A DNA stretch of 62,998 nt, filler included, from Collodictyon triciliatum (Eukaryota), in NCBI GenBank assembly GCA_043381765.1. It is 56 parts of 56 records of this genome, joined end to end, with 100 filler letters (N's around TTAATTAATTAA, not from the genome) between each part and the next. Parts side by side here need not be neighbours in the genome. Positions count along the whole stretch, not along the records: positions 24,855 to 25,881 come from JBHJMP010012643.1; positions 25,982 to 27,008 come from JBHJMP010012644.1; positions 27,109 to 28,135 come from JBHJMP010012645.1; positions 28,236 to 29,262 come from JBHJMP010012646.1; positions 29,363 to 30,399 come from JBHJMP010012647.1; positions 30,500 to 31,525 come from JBHJMP010012648.1; positions 31,626 to 32,651 come from JBHJMP010012649.1; positions 32,752 to 33,773 come from JBHJMP010012650.1; 48 more parts are not named here. One strand, written 5' to 3'. The notes under the pieces are model-generated. The model was not told the origin of the DNA and ran no database searches. It saw nothing but the letters and a program-made list of their open reading frames with translations. Numbering within the stretch: the stretch's first letter is position 1; every line of letters starts with the position of its first letter. A program made the position numbers and the translations under genes. Shown piece by piece: positions 24,855 through 37,480 of the stretch.

Positions 24855-25881
24855 TTTATGGAATGCATCTACCAAATCGGGATACAAGTTTTGTTTGAGA
24901 TGGCGTCTGATATCTCGGCACTGGCCATAGATATCCACAAGGGTCGCATTGAAGAGGGCGATGTTGAACTATGGAAGCCTATGAATAAGGCACTTGTGTT
25001 TATTTTCACAAATTTATGTGCCTTTGATATATTTTATTCTCCGTTGAAATACCAGTAAAGCCTTAACCCGCCATTTTAGAGCTGGTGAGAACAATATTTT
25101 GCTTGAATTAGTCTTGTAAAATATATCTTCAGGAAATGCTCATATTATATTTTGGAATGTAGGATTCATATCACATGGCAAAAAAAATAATACAAAATCG
25201 ACCATTACTTTGAATCGAATAAAGGAAAAAAAAAAATACAAAATCGACCATTCGAAGAAATCTTTTTCATGATTATTAAATGTGCTTATGTGTCTTGTGT
25301 GTGTGAGATTGTGTGTGTGTGAATGTTTTTTTTTCCTTTATTCGATTCAAAGGTGTGTGTGAATGTTAATGAATTCACTGAATGCTTGTAACCATGCTCC
25401 TCTAATTCGTTTTTGAGATAAAATTGAATTGTTATAATATTGTTGGTTTTTTTTCTTTATTTGATTCAAAGAATATCGTTAGCTTTATAATGTGTAGCTA
25501 ACGATATTGCAACTGTTCAATTTTCGATAATATTTTCTTGGTCATCGCTCGGCTGTGGAAAAAGGCTTCGATATATCTCGTCTCTTCTCACAGGGTCTGA
25601 GTAGTAGAGAACGTGCAGGTGGCGAAGGAAGCTATTGAGGAAAGAGATTTGTATGATGTCATCCAGCCATTATCAGGAATGGGTGGCTGGTTGTGGAGTC
25701 TTGCTTTGCGTGAGTATATGCGTGCTTTCCACATAGTGCATAGCAAATGGCCTCGCGTCACTGCCCAGAGTGTTTTCGCATTTGGACGCAGCTGTTGCAG
25801 AGGCCCAAATATCGCCTGGATTGGGCCAACAGCCGCAGCCGTCTTGAATGTCAGTCGAAGAATCTCGCCGGCTGTCTCGCG
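24855..25881 (+). CDS. Unidentified protein, two probable exons around a repeat-invaded intron
   Basis: Open GC-richer segments FMECIYQIG...LWKPMNK and ...VAKEAIEERDLYDVIQPLSGMGGWLWSLALREYMRAF...; no family recognised. Confidence 0.35.
25189..25252 (+). mobile_element. Ultra-short poly(A) retro-insertion with 18-bp TSD
   Basis: AATACAAAATCGACCATT (25189-25206 and 25235-25252) flanks ACTTTGAATCGAATAAAGG-An. Confidence 0.92.
25313..25367 (-). mobile_element. Ultra-short poly(A) retro-insertion with 15-bp TSD
   Basis: GTGTGTGTGAATGTT (25313-25327 and 25353-25367) flanks T-tract+CCTTTATTCGATTCAAAG. Confidence 0.88.
25436..25486 (-). mobile_element. Older copy of the ultra-short retro-insertion, degenerate TSD
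   Basis: T-tract+CTTTATTTGATTCAAAG between AATATTGTTGGTTTT and AATATCGTTAGCTTT (12/15 match). Confidence 0.7.
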
Positions 25882-25981
25882 NNNNNNNNNNNNNNNNNNN
25901 NNNNNNNNNNNNNNNNNNNNNNNNNTTAATTAATTAANNNNNNNNNNNNNNNNNNNNNNNNNNNNNNNNNNNNNNNNNNNN

Positions 25982-27008
25982 ATGTTTATTTTTATCATCT
26001 CATATTATCTTATTTTTCAAGAGAATAAAAAAATTACATACTATGATTACAACCATAACACACAGAAATCATATGAATATTGCATCATGATGTATTCACA
26101 TGAATCATTTAACTCTTATTTCTTGTATACATAATTAGGCATCTCATGTTTACAAACGAATATGTTTATTTTTAGCATCTCATATTATCTTATCTTAAAA
26201 GAGAATAAAAACTTACTCCCTATGATTATACACGTATCAGACACAGAAATCATATGGATATTGCATCATGATGTATTCACATGCTTTAGTTAACTCTTAT
26301 TTCTTGTATACATAATTAGGCATCTCATGTTTACAACCGAATATGTTTATTTTCATCATCTCATATTATCTTATCTTTCAAGAGAATAAAAAAATTACTT
26401 GCTATGATTATACACGTATCAGACACAGTAATCATATGAATATTGCATCATGATGTATTCACATGCTTCATTTAGCACTTATTTCATGTACACATAATTA
26501 TGCATTTCGTGTTTACAACTGAATATGTATGTTTTTATCATCTTGTATTATCTTATCTTTCAAGAGGAATAAAAACTTACAGGCTATGATTATACACGTA
26601 TCAGACACAGAAATCATATGAATATTGCATTATGGCGTATTCACATGAATCATTTAACTCTTATTTCTTGTATACATAATTATGCATCTCATGTTTACAA
26701 CAGAATATGTATATTTTAAGCATATAATATTATCGTATATTAAAAGAGAATAAACATTTACTTGCTAAGATTGTACCACAAACAGACACAGAAATCATAT
26801 GAATATTGCATCATGATGTATTCACATGAATCATTTAGCACTTATATCTTGTATACATAATTATGCATCTCATGTTTACAACCGAATATGTTTATTTTTA
26901 TCATCTCATATTATCTTATTTTTCAAGAGAATAAAAAAATTACATACTATGATTACAACCATAACACACAGAAATCATATGAATATTGCATCATGATGTA
27001 TTCACATG
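25982..27008. repeat. AT-rich satellite, 180-182 bp monomer, 5-mer (906 bp) higher-order unit
   Basis: Monomers start at 25982, 26162, 26343, 26525, 26707 and 26888; 26888-27008 is identical to 25982-26102. Confidence 0.93.
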
Positions 27009-27108
27009 NNNNNNNNNNNNNNNNNNNNNNNNNNNNNNNNNNNNNNNNNNNNTTAATTAATTAANNNNNNNNNNNNNNNNNNNNNNNNNNNNNNNNNNNN
27101 NNNNNNNN

Positions 27109-27952
27109 AAGTAAGACAGATGCTTCTGCTTGGTGCATGCAAATGAAGGAAGCACGTGGTTCCTTAGAAAATAGAGAGAAAAAGTTGTTTGACGTTTATT
27201 CTGTCCTCGAGAGGGATATTACCCTACTGGGTAATCTTTTATTTTTTTAAAAAAAAAATAATGATGGGAATGAGAAACCTTTGCATATTCGACCCCGAGA
27301 TAAAACCATCGCCGGATGATGTAACTGTGGCTTTCCTGTTAAGGTGTCACCGCCATTGAGGACAAGCTACAAGATGGTGTTCCAGAAACTATCGCAAGGC
27401 TGGGTGATGTATATATTTCATATAGTTGTGTTTATTGTGGGTGTTTAACACCTAGGGTGTAAAATTATGGTATTCAGTGCTTTTTATCGTATCGATATAC
27501 CATAAGAAAAAAACATATAACATGGTGCAATAAATTAAAGGCAAATATAAAGCTATGGATACTCACTGGAGATAAACAAGAGACTGCTATAAATATTGGA
27601 TATTCGTGTAATATATTGAAACACGATGGTATCACTTACATAGGTATTTGAATTAGAATATGTTTGATTTAGTTATTATTTCGAATATAGGCCAATTAAA
27701 AAACAAAATCTAAAATATAGCAATACTTGGGTCTTATATTTAGTTAAGGGAAATAAGAAAGATGATATAAACGTCCGACTTAGCGAACTGTGCTCCTTTC
27801 TGGATTCCCACGGCTATTCAGAACATGATGCCACGGAAGAAAACGCTTTCTTATGGAAAAATTGCATACCAAATATTAGTGAACTTTGGAACCGCGTAAA
27901 TACAGATGACATTTCACGTCCTGCAAATACCCCAAATATTTCTTTTGAATCA
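27109..27952 (+). CDS. P4-type ATPase (phospholipid flippase), internal exons
   Basis: [50 protein letters not shown]. Confidence 0.96.
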
Positions 27953-28235
27953 GGTAAATATAATATTTTGTTTTTTGTTTGTTTTTGTTTCTTTGTTTTT
28001 TGGTTTTTTTGGTTTTTTTGGTTTTTTTGGTTTTTTTGGTTTTTTTGGTTTTTTTGGTTTTTTTGGTTTTTTTTGGTTTTTTTGGTTTTTTTTGTTTTTT
28101 TGGTTTTTTTTGTTTTTTTTTTTTTTTTGTTTTTTNNNNNNNNNNNNNNNNNNNNNNNNNNNNNNNNNNNNNNNNNNNNTTAATTAATTAANNNNNNNNN
28201 NNNNNNNNNNNNNNNNNNNNNNNNNNNNNNNNNNN

Positions 28236-29262
28236 AAATGAACCAGTAATATTGTTTGTTGTTCCAGCTTGACACGATATGCATGATGTCTGGCCTTCTT
28301 TATCGTTCCAGGTGCCCTGAGGACACTTATTGCAAGACATATTTCCGTATGAACCGGGGCTGGGGTTAAATGTCCCCTTCGGGCATGGAATACATGAAGA
28401 AGGGTTTTTAGATACTCCCTCTTGCTGATAGGAACCTGAAGAACATACAATACACGATGACCTATCATCTGAGCTAAAGCTTCCATTATAACAATAGATA
28501 CATGAATTCACGCCAAATAATCCTGTTTTATTGTTAAATGTGCCTATAGGACATAAATCACATTTATCTTTGGATTTGGTACCGTATGTTCCAATTGGAC
28601 ATTTAATGCAAGAAGAGATATTAACTGATGCAAAATCAGGATTGAATGTTCCATCTCTGCAAGTCTTGCATTGATCTTGGCTTACTTCATCATTGAAGGT
28701 TCCTGGTTCACATTCAATGCAATTAATATTACTTGTTTTATTACTGTATGTACCTGAAGGGCATGATGAGCAACTCGCTCGTCCAGTTAATTGATTGTAC
28801 GTTCCAGCTGCACATGAAATACAAGCGCCGGAGCTCGTAGAGCCGATTGATGGATTGTATGTTCCAGCTGCACATGAAATACAACTTGCTTGTCCAGTTA
28901 ATTGATTGTACGTTCCAGCTGCACATGAAATACACGCACCGGAGCTTGTCGAGCCGATTGATGGATTGTATGTTCCAGCTGCACATGAAATACACGCACT
29001 GGAGCTTGTCGAGCCGATGGATGGGTTGTATGTACCAGCCGCACATAATGAGCAACTCGCTCGTCCAGTTAATTGACTGTATGTTCCAGCTGCGCATGAA
29101 ATACAAGCGCTGGTGCTCGTAGAGCCGATTGATGGATTGTACGTTCCAGCTGCACATGAAATACAAGCGCTGGAGCTCGTAGAGCCGATTGATGGATTGT
29201 ATGTTCCAGCGGCACATGAAATACACGCACTGGAGCTTGTTGAGCCGATGGATGGATTGTAT
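28236..29262 (-). CDS. Cys-rich repeat surface protein (GCC2/GCC3, ephrin-receptor-like repeats)
   Basis: Minus-strand frame of tandem CISCAAGTYNPSIGSTSSSA units grading into diverged C..C..GT(F/Y)N repeats (CIPCPKGTFN, CNKCPQGTWN). Confidence 0.88.
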
Positions 29263-29844
29263 NNNNNNNNNNNNNNNNNNNNNNNNNNNNNNNNNNNNNN
29301 NNNNNNTTAATTAATTAANNNNNNNNNNNNNNNNNNNNNNNNNNNNNNNNNNNNNNNNNNNNATATTCTAAAAAAAGCTATCAGCAATAACGAAAAAACG
29401 GATTACGTCATAGTCGGATGCAGATACGTTTTCTGGGTATATATCGGTATATGAATCGGAGTTTCTGATGTTGCGGTCGTTATGAAAACTGATACTGACA
29501 TCTCGTCGGGAAAATACTCCTCCATGGAAAGACACAGCCTCCTTTTTATTAGAAGAAAAGAAAATATAAGACTCTTGAAAAAGTCAGAACATCAACATCA
29601 AATAAAGTTTGTACATATAATGGGAAAAAAAAAGATTGCAATCATACGGATGCATTCTAAATTGTTTTCTTAAAAAATAATAAATTATTTCATAATTGCG
29701 CAGGAAAAGATACAGTTCTGGGAGTTTCGATGGAAGTTATTCGCAGGACATCATGCGCACCATGAAAATCATAAAGAGGAGACCGTTGACACGAGGCTTC
29801 ATGAATTAATTTACTCCGAAAATTTCGCTATTAGTAATAAAATT

Positions 29845-29882
<38 letters not shown>

Positions 29883-30499
29883 AATGATGATAATAATGAT
29901 AATACTGATAATGATACTGATAATGATACTGATAATGATACTGATAATGATACTGATAATAATATTTTATTAATAGATCATGAATACTGCTTTTGATTTC
30001 TAGGACTACAGCATCGCGAGTCCCCTGTAAGTATGCTCATATGAATATCTTATTGTATTATTTACGATTGATACAAATGATTACATCAGGCGTTCTATTC
30101 TCTTGTTCATTTGCCATCATTCTCTGAGAACTGATTTGCCGTATGGAATTTGACACCGCTGTATCCCTAGTGTAATAAAGGAAAAATAATATTTGGAAGT
30201 GATAGAGAAGCTGAAAGAGAATGATGTATTCAACAAGATTCAAATACACTCAACGTGCAAAGGCGATGATAAGATTATATAAGTACAGATATGTGAATTT
30301 TTCCAGTAATTACAAAGTCTCCCCAAATGCAAAGATAAGACAATCGCGTGGTCTTCTTTAATCACACGATAACACATAATTATATTTGTATTATTTTATN
30401 NNNNNNNNNNNNNNNNNNNNNNNNNNNNNNNNNNNNNNNNNNNTTAATTAATTAANNNNNNNNNNNNNNNNNNNNNNNNNNNNNNNNNNNNNNNNNNNN

Positions 30500-31525
30500 A
30501 CAAAAAGCGGCTTCACGTGGAGCAGAATCGATCGCTTCCTCTGCTCAAGGGACTCGCATGCGTGGTTCAAGAAACTTAAAACAGTCTATTCTGCGCTGTC
30601 CTACCACAGTGCTATCCTGGCTAACATCGATTCAGCCGGTGGCTGTGAATGGCAGGCAAGGTATATAGACTGGAGGGCATACAATGACACCAAGTCGATA
30701 GAAGACATACAAAACAAGCTCAAAGCTTACTTCAACATCCCAGATGATGCGCCCATCGAAGTGGAATAGCCAATACTCAAAAAGCAGCTCTCTATTCTTC
30801 TTATCCAAAATTCGAGCTGGTTCAAAAATAAGGATGAAGAGGAACGGAAGAAACTTAAAAGGGAAAAGAGGCTCTGATTAAAGCAGTCGGTAGACCATCG
30901 GGGTGGAAACGCACCCAAAAAGAAAAACTGGCGAGATATTAGAAGATACACTTGCCGAGCAGCTAACATCAGATATTCACAAATACCGCGAAAAATGGAA
31001 AGCGAGATACTTGCAAGACTTTGAGCAGATGGAGAAATGGTTCTTTGGACTAGGAAAGAAAAGAGAAAAGACCTTGTATTCTTCCTGCACACCATCTGAG
31101 GACATGCATCATTTATTACCTCGTAACAACAAAAAGAACACCCACGACTTCTTCTCAAAGATGTGGTCAAGATGAGACTATGATGCTGCTACTCTCGAGC
31201 TTATTACCACAAATTGTTCCAAGGCTTCACCCTCGCAAGCAGCCAGCATGATAGCACCAATAGATGCAGGCGAATTGTGGAAAGCGGTCAAGTCGCTACA
31301 CAACGGAAAGGTGCCAGGTCCAGATAGGCTGCCCAACGGAATATAATCTGCTTTCTTTAGTGAGGTCAAGGCATCCTTAGTGACTTTTCTGAATGGAATC
31401 ATGTCTGGTGGCGACCTACCGCAAGGATTTATAGAGGCTACGGTGCGGCTGATACCAAAGAAAGGAAACTCGAGCAATCTTGCGGACTGGCGACCAATAT
31501 CGCTGTTGAATAATGACTATAAGAT
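30500..31525 (+). mobile_element. Degenerate L1/Tx1-type LINE ORF2: end of APE endonuclease to start of RT
   Basis: SRIDRFL...SYHSAI, KWFFGL, ELWKAVKSLHNGKVPGPDRLP, LIPKKGNSSNLADWRPISLLNNDYK; in-frame stops and frameshifts. Confidence 0.93.
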
Positions 31526-31625
31526 NNNNNNNNNNNNNNNNNNNNNNNNNNNNNNNNNNNNNNNNNNNNTTAATTAATTAANNNNNNNNNNNNNNNNNNN
31601 NNNNNNNNNNNNNNNNNNNNNNNNN

Positions 31626-32651
31626 GTATTCATCACCATTGGTACTGATGGGTTGGCTGCAGTTGTCCATATTTTCGAGTAACAAAATTGCTCCATCTTC
31701 GATATTTATCATGTCGATCTGTAATATTTTATCGTTATTTTCTGGATAAATTTGGAAAAAACAAGTGATAGTCGACATACTTTTAAATGCGTTGTATTGA
31801 ATATATCCCATGAGCAGGATGTTCCTGGAAAGTAGTCGAACTTTCCGCTGCCATCTTCAAGTTTTTCATCCAATGCAGTGACAACTTTCTTTCCATCACA
31901 CCAGGTTTCAGCTGGTGAAATTATATTGAAAAATTCTTTATAAAAGTATGACCCACATATGATGCAATTATTATACAAAACAAGTATGCAACAGTGAATT
32001 ATATCATAAATTTTTTTTTTAAAACCAAAAAAATCGATATCGAATTACCAAGGGTCAGTCTCAGTAGTAAATTTGATGCAGTCATAACAAGGGACTCTGA
32101 CATTCCCGAAAACATGTACATAACGCCATTAAGTAAAACACTAGAGCCACCAAATATATTCACAGGTTTTGGATGACTTTTGAGATTTTCCATCGCACCA
32201 TCTTTCGCTACAATTGAAAAAAATTAGTTCAATGTGCAATTCTTTCATGAATTTGTGTTGGTTGGAATGACCGCAAAAATATGTAATGATTGATATTTAA
32301 TGAGAAGAATTCCGTGATTATCATTTAGTTTTTTATTTTTAGAAATAAGCATGTAAGTTAATTACCATCAAACATAATGAATTGATTGATAGGACCACCA
32401 TTTGAGTCACTCCCACCGAAAAATATCAGATTGACATAGTATTCCATGAATGAATCTTTTTGTGTAATACCAGGTGGAAGGTTTATGAGATGCTCCCAGT
32501 TTGCAGATGCTAATTATTTTATGTTTTTGTAAATTTGAAATGATTAAAAAAATATATCAACATTCAGTCAAACTGATTCAAATTGAAACGTGTCCTCACC
32601 TTGATTGAAACACCATATGCTTGGAGCAGAGCCTGATGAGCTCGTAATATT
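31626..32651 (-). CDS. Kelch-repeat plus CUB-like extracellular protein, internal exons
   Basis: WEHL...LIFFGGS|...VMYMFSGM...|WCDGKKVV...LEDGSGKFDYFPGTSCSWDI; same domain order as 7921-8929. Confidence 0.7.
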
Positions 32652-32881
32652 NNNNNNNNNNNNNNNNNNNNNNNNNNNNNNNNNNNNNNNNNNNNTTAAT
32701 TAATTAANNNNNNNNNNNNNNNNNNNNNNNNNNNNNNNNNNNNNNNNNNNNCATACATACATACATACATACATACATACATACATACATACATACATAC
32801 ATACATACATACATACATACATACATACATACATACATACATACATACATACATACATACATACATACACAAGATAAAAAC

Positions 32882-33443
32882 CTGAAAGTAGGATATTTCT
32901 TTGTTCTTTATTGAAACGGCTCGCAGAAGCCGAAAAAGAACCTTTTGCCTATAGTTTAATAAATGATATGAATTGAGGGGAGCAAGCATCACTTATATTT
33001 ATTTGAAAAGTTTGAGAGTACACTTGAACCAACTTACATTCTTTCATCGAGTAGGGCACCAAACTCAGAATTTGGTATTGTCCTTCCCACATCCCGAAGA
33101 ATGACATCATCCATGAGGTGATCATCAGAAGCCAACAAAGCCTTATAGTTTTTCAGCAGAACCGGTTTTGTTTTTGAATTTGTTTTTGTTTTTTATTTTT
33201 AGAAGGAAAAAAAGCGCACTATTATCAACGACATTTACATTATTTTGGGTTCTTTCAATTATTTTTTGAAGGAAAAGAACATTAAAAAAATTGTTCGAAA
33301 AACATAAGTGAGCGTTTGGCTCAGAAGTATACCTCATATAATCCATCATTCTCTAATTTCATCTTCTCACCATGACATAGGTACATCCAGAGCTGTCCAT
33401 GAACAGGATCTGGAATAAACCCTTGTCTAATTATTTCCCTTAG
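32882..33443 (-). CDS. TBC-domain Rab GTPase-activating protein, internal exons
   Basis: IIRQGFIPDPVHGQLW...|VILRDVGRTIP...|QKVLFRLLRAVSIKNKEISYFQ; I..DV.RT and Y.Q(G) fingers. Confidence 0.9.
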
Positions 33444-33874
33444 CTATAACACAACCAATATAGCGGTGGTGAGTATGTTTTTTTTTTTTAAGAAAAATAA
33501 AATAAAATAAATTTGTCACAAAGCATACCTAGAGTTTTTGAAACTGCATAACTATTAAATTCTAATTTCCTTTTCCTTTTCCTTTTCCTTTTCCTTTTCC
33601 TTTTCCTTTTCCTTTTCCTTTTCCTTTTCCTTTTCCTTTTCCTTTATTGTTTTTTGTTTGTTTTTTGTTTGTTTGTTTGTTTGTTTTTTGTTTGTTTGTT
33701 TGTTTGTTTGTTTGTTTGTTTGTTTGTTTGTTTTTTGTTTGTTTTTTGTTTGTTTTTTGTTTGTTTTTTGTTTNNNNNNNNNNNNNNNNNNNNNNNNNNN
33801 NNNNNNNNNNNNNNNNNTTAATTAATTAANNNNNNNNNNNNNNNNNNNNNNNNNNNNNNNNNNNNNNNNNNNNA

Positions 33875-34699
33875 CCAACTGATTTTTATGATTTATGTTC
33901 AAATTCTGTTGCAGCTATAAGAAAGTTAAAAATTCGAGAACAATATCTAGAGAGCGCTGAACAGCAATTGGTTCCTTGGGATAAATTTGAATATGTAGAA
34001 AAAAAACAAGATTTGACAACATATAAAAAACCGGTTGAAGGTTTTCCAAGTTTTCAATATGAGTTTATAATAGAAAAACAATTACCTGCGCCGATGCGAA
34101 ACCGCTTTATTGAAATTATAGAAGACGAAAAGGAAAATTCAAAAGGGTTAATGACTAAATATAAATATTCATTTAATGTATTAGAACCAAGACAAGATAT
34201 TCTAGATATTTTTCAAAAACAAGGAATTACATTTGATGGTCTTAGAATATATAATCAAATGGTTCCATTAGAATTACGATTATTACCAGAATCCCCAGTA
34301 AGCTCCCAGGCCACAGTACAAACTCAAGCACCACCATTATTATTAGAATATGAGCCGATGATTGAAAATGAATATGAACGAGCTTTGATAGTAATGGAAT
34401 ATGAAAAAGAAGATGAAGATGACCCTGATATTAGGAATATGGAAATGATACGAGCAGACCCACGAGATTTAGAAATAATAGAGTTGGATGATGTTGACCT
34501 AGAAATAGATCGACCAGAACCACAATATATATATATTGATGAAACACAAGAAGAACAGCGCAGAGGTCCAACATTTACAGAGGAGGAAAGCTTTCAGTGG
34601 GAAGTAAAAAAAAAGTACAGCAAGAAAATACCAGCTAATACACTACGAATTTGGGTTGTACCAGACAAATTTTATTTAGATATTCGACTCGATAAATAA
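33875..34699 (+). CDS. Intronless acidic hypothetical protein, 5'-truncated
   Basis: Frame open from the contig start for 275 codons with strongly A/T-ending codons. Confidence 0.75.
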   Translation, partial: PTDFYDLCSNSVAAIRKLKIREQYLESAEQQLVPWDKFEYVEKKQDLTTYKKPVEGFPSFQYEFIIEKQLPAPMRNRFIEIIEDEKENSKGLMTKYKYSFNVLEPRQDILDIFQKQGITFDGLRIYNQMVPLELRLLPESPVSSQATVQTQAPPLLLEYEPMIENEYERALIVMEYEKEDEDDPDIRNMEMIRADPRDLEIIELDDVDLEIDRPEPQYIYIDETQEEQRRGPTFTEEESFQWEVKKKYSKKIPANTLRIWVVPDKFYLDIRLDK

Positions 34700-34719
34700 T
34701 TTTTTTTATTTAATAATAT

Positions 34720-34906
34720 ATGAGTCAACCACCAGGAAAACAACCACAAATTCAAGGCGTACCATCTCAACCTATGGCAGTACGAGGAACTGGTACATTA
34801 TCCGGTTCTAGTTCAACTGGAGGCGCAGGTAGTTCATCACAACTTGCTTCATCGTCTAGTGGACCTTCAAGACCTCAAGCAGCGCAAGCAGCTGCAGGTC
34901 CTGCTG
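34720..34906 (+). CDS. Hypothetical protein N-terminus (MSQPPGKQPQ...), 3'-truncated
   Basis: ATG 20 bp after the upstream stop, preceded by TTTTTTTATTTAATAATAT. Confidence 0.6.
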
Positions 34907-35006
34907 NNNNNNNNNNNNNNNNNNNNNNNNNNNNNNNNNNNNNNNNNNNNTTAATTAATTAANNNNNNNNNNNNNNNNNNNNNNNNNNNNNNNNNNNNNN
35001 NNNNNN

Positions 35007-36036
35007 CCACTATGGCACATGGTGCATTCTGGAGAGGTTGTTGCTGCATGGACTACGCGCGCACCTATCCACAGCTCTCTGTTGGAGATATTGAGAAGTA
35101 GGGCGCGGTGCTTCGGGAGTAGCTGAGGTATACGGGCTTGCTTCCAGCTCTCGACTATCGGCGGGTCTATAATGCCTATGGTTTCGGCACAACGACTCAT
35201 TTTCTCCGGTTTGTAAGAATTCGGACTGATGATTTTATATCGAAACAGCTTGGAGTACGCCATGGCCATCGAGAAATGCGGAGAATCGGGCGTAATGGAC
35301 CGCCTTTGGTTCTTCAGGCGAAAGAAAAATGGCGACGGTGCTCCGTATGAGATGGGACGTCGTGAGCGCTATTCTCCTTTGTTGTTCAGGACGGCTGTGG
35401 TTGGGGTTGCATTTGTGGAGTGGAATATCATTGCATTTTTTTGGAGATACGAAGCTCCCATCCTTTTGGAATGTGACTTGTTGCACGGTGACGGAGCTGT
35501 TTCCTTCTCTCGACTCGTTGATACAGAAGCCTTTTGCTCTATCCCAGCAAAGTTGGCCCGTAATAGCATGTAACTGGGTAGACTCGCACATTTCACAGTT
35601 TTCATACAGAACCTTCCACCGCGCTAGTAGCGGCTCGGGAGTGTTTGGCGGGGGTGATGGGATTCTGCTCTCACAGAGCTGTGCCTTGAAGTTCGGGCAT
35701 AAGCGGTGGATAAGGTGCCCCATTCCACGCTGCCAGAATCCTTTCGGATGGGTAAGCATATATGTCCACCATCTCATCGTGAGCGATGTCCATGCAATGC
35801 CAGGCGTTATGAGTCCCAGTCCTCCCTCCGTAGGTGGCTTGGAGAGCGTCTTGATTTTATATTTTTGATTATTTGTAGTGATGAAGTTGCGGCAGATGTC
35901 TTCCAGCTCCTTCAGCCTCTTGAGATTCAGCAGAGTGCCTTTCATGTTGTAGATAAGGGTCGACAGCATCACTTGGTTCCACAACCTTACTTTTCCCACG
36001 TCCGAGAGATGAAAGTTGCTCCACACTGATATTTTC
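35007..36036 (-). mobile_element. Degenerate L1/Tx1-type LINE ORF2: RT thumb to zf-RVT region
   Basis: KVRLWNQVMLSTLIY, LSKPPTEGGLGL, W..ARIPQLLPKHRALL...ECTMC; frameshift near 35405. Confidence 0.88.
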
Positions 36037-37262
36037 NNNNNNNNNNNNNNNNNNNNNNNNNNNNNNNNNNNNNNNNNNNNTTAATTAATTAANNNNNNNN
36101 NNNNNNNNNNNNNNNNNNNNNNNNNNNNNNNNNNNNAAAGAGAAAAGAAAAGAGAAAAGAAAAGAGAAAAGAAAAGAGAAAAGAAAAGAGAAAAGAAAAG
36201 AGAAAAGAAAAGAGAAAAGAAAAGAGAAAAGAAAAAGAAAATAAAAAGAAAATAAAAAGAAAATAAAAAAGAAAAAGAAAAGAAAAAAAGGAATGTCAGC
36301 TCCACATTACAAACATGATGTTGTTAATAACATTATGAGCCAACACTTTATCCTAAATGCTGGGCTGTGCGGTTTCACACTGGCTCCATCTTCTGGCTTC
36401 TGCGATAGTGCAGAGCGAAAAAAAGTTGCGAGGGACTTCAGGAAGGCATGCTTTGCGTCGGCCGCGTGATTTCGGTTTGATCAAACCAAAAATCCAGATA
36501 TGGATAAAATATATCACTTGTGATTTTATTCCTTGTACGAATATATAAATATCATCAAGGGACGAGGTTCATCAACAGAAAGATACAGTTCATGGTTTCA
36601 GCCAACAAACTCGCCTGGGCTTTTTTTTGTTTCTGCCAAACCAAAAGTTCATCCGTCTTTGCGAAGGATAGGCTTTGTTGAGCACTGGCGGTTCCACTTT
36701 AATTTCCCCTTTTTCCGTGAAAATATCTACAAAATGAAGTTATCCACATGATTCTGCGTGTATGAGCGTGACTCTGATTAAACGACGACATTTGCGCGTT
36801 CCTTCGAACTGGTGTTATATATGATGAGTTATGACGGAAGGGAGATGATGTTTGATGAAGATGAACAATTTTTTACAAATTGGAGTATCGTATTTTTCCC
36901 TACACATATCACTTATGACACATTCCCACATCTCTTCGCTTGCGGTCAGAGTAGCAAAGAATGCGGGCGTGTTTCAGCAGGCTGTTCAGGAAGCTGTATT
37001 GCACGAGGCTCTCAAGCCTGGATACATTGATTTCTCGTTCAGGTGAATAACAAGAGCGAGAGAATGCACGCACACTCCATAAGAACCACAGCGTATGTCC
37101 CCTTGTGACTGTCCAGAGTATTCTAGAGTCGTGGGTCATTTGGTATTGTGGGCCAAACAGAANNNNNNNNNNNNNNNNNNNNNNNNNNNNNNNNNNNNNN
37201 NNNNNNTTAATTAATTAANNNNNNNNNNNNNNNNNNNNNNNNNNNNNNNNNNNNNNNNNNNN

Positions 37263-37313
<51 letters not shown>

Positions 37314-37353
37314 TTTTCTTTTTTTTTTTCTTCCTTTTCCTTTTTTCTTTTTT

Positions 37354-37389
<36 letters not shown>

Positions 37390-37480
37390 AAATAGGGAAA
37401 TAGACGTGCAAAATACTGATCTTTCATATAAGAAACGGAAGGAGGAAGAAGGAATAGAGTGTATATTCTTAAAAGCTCCC

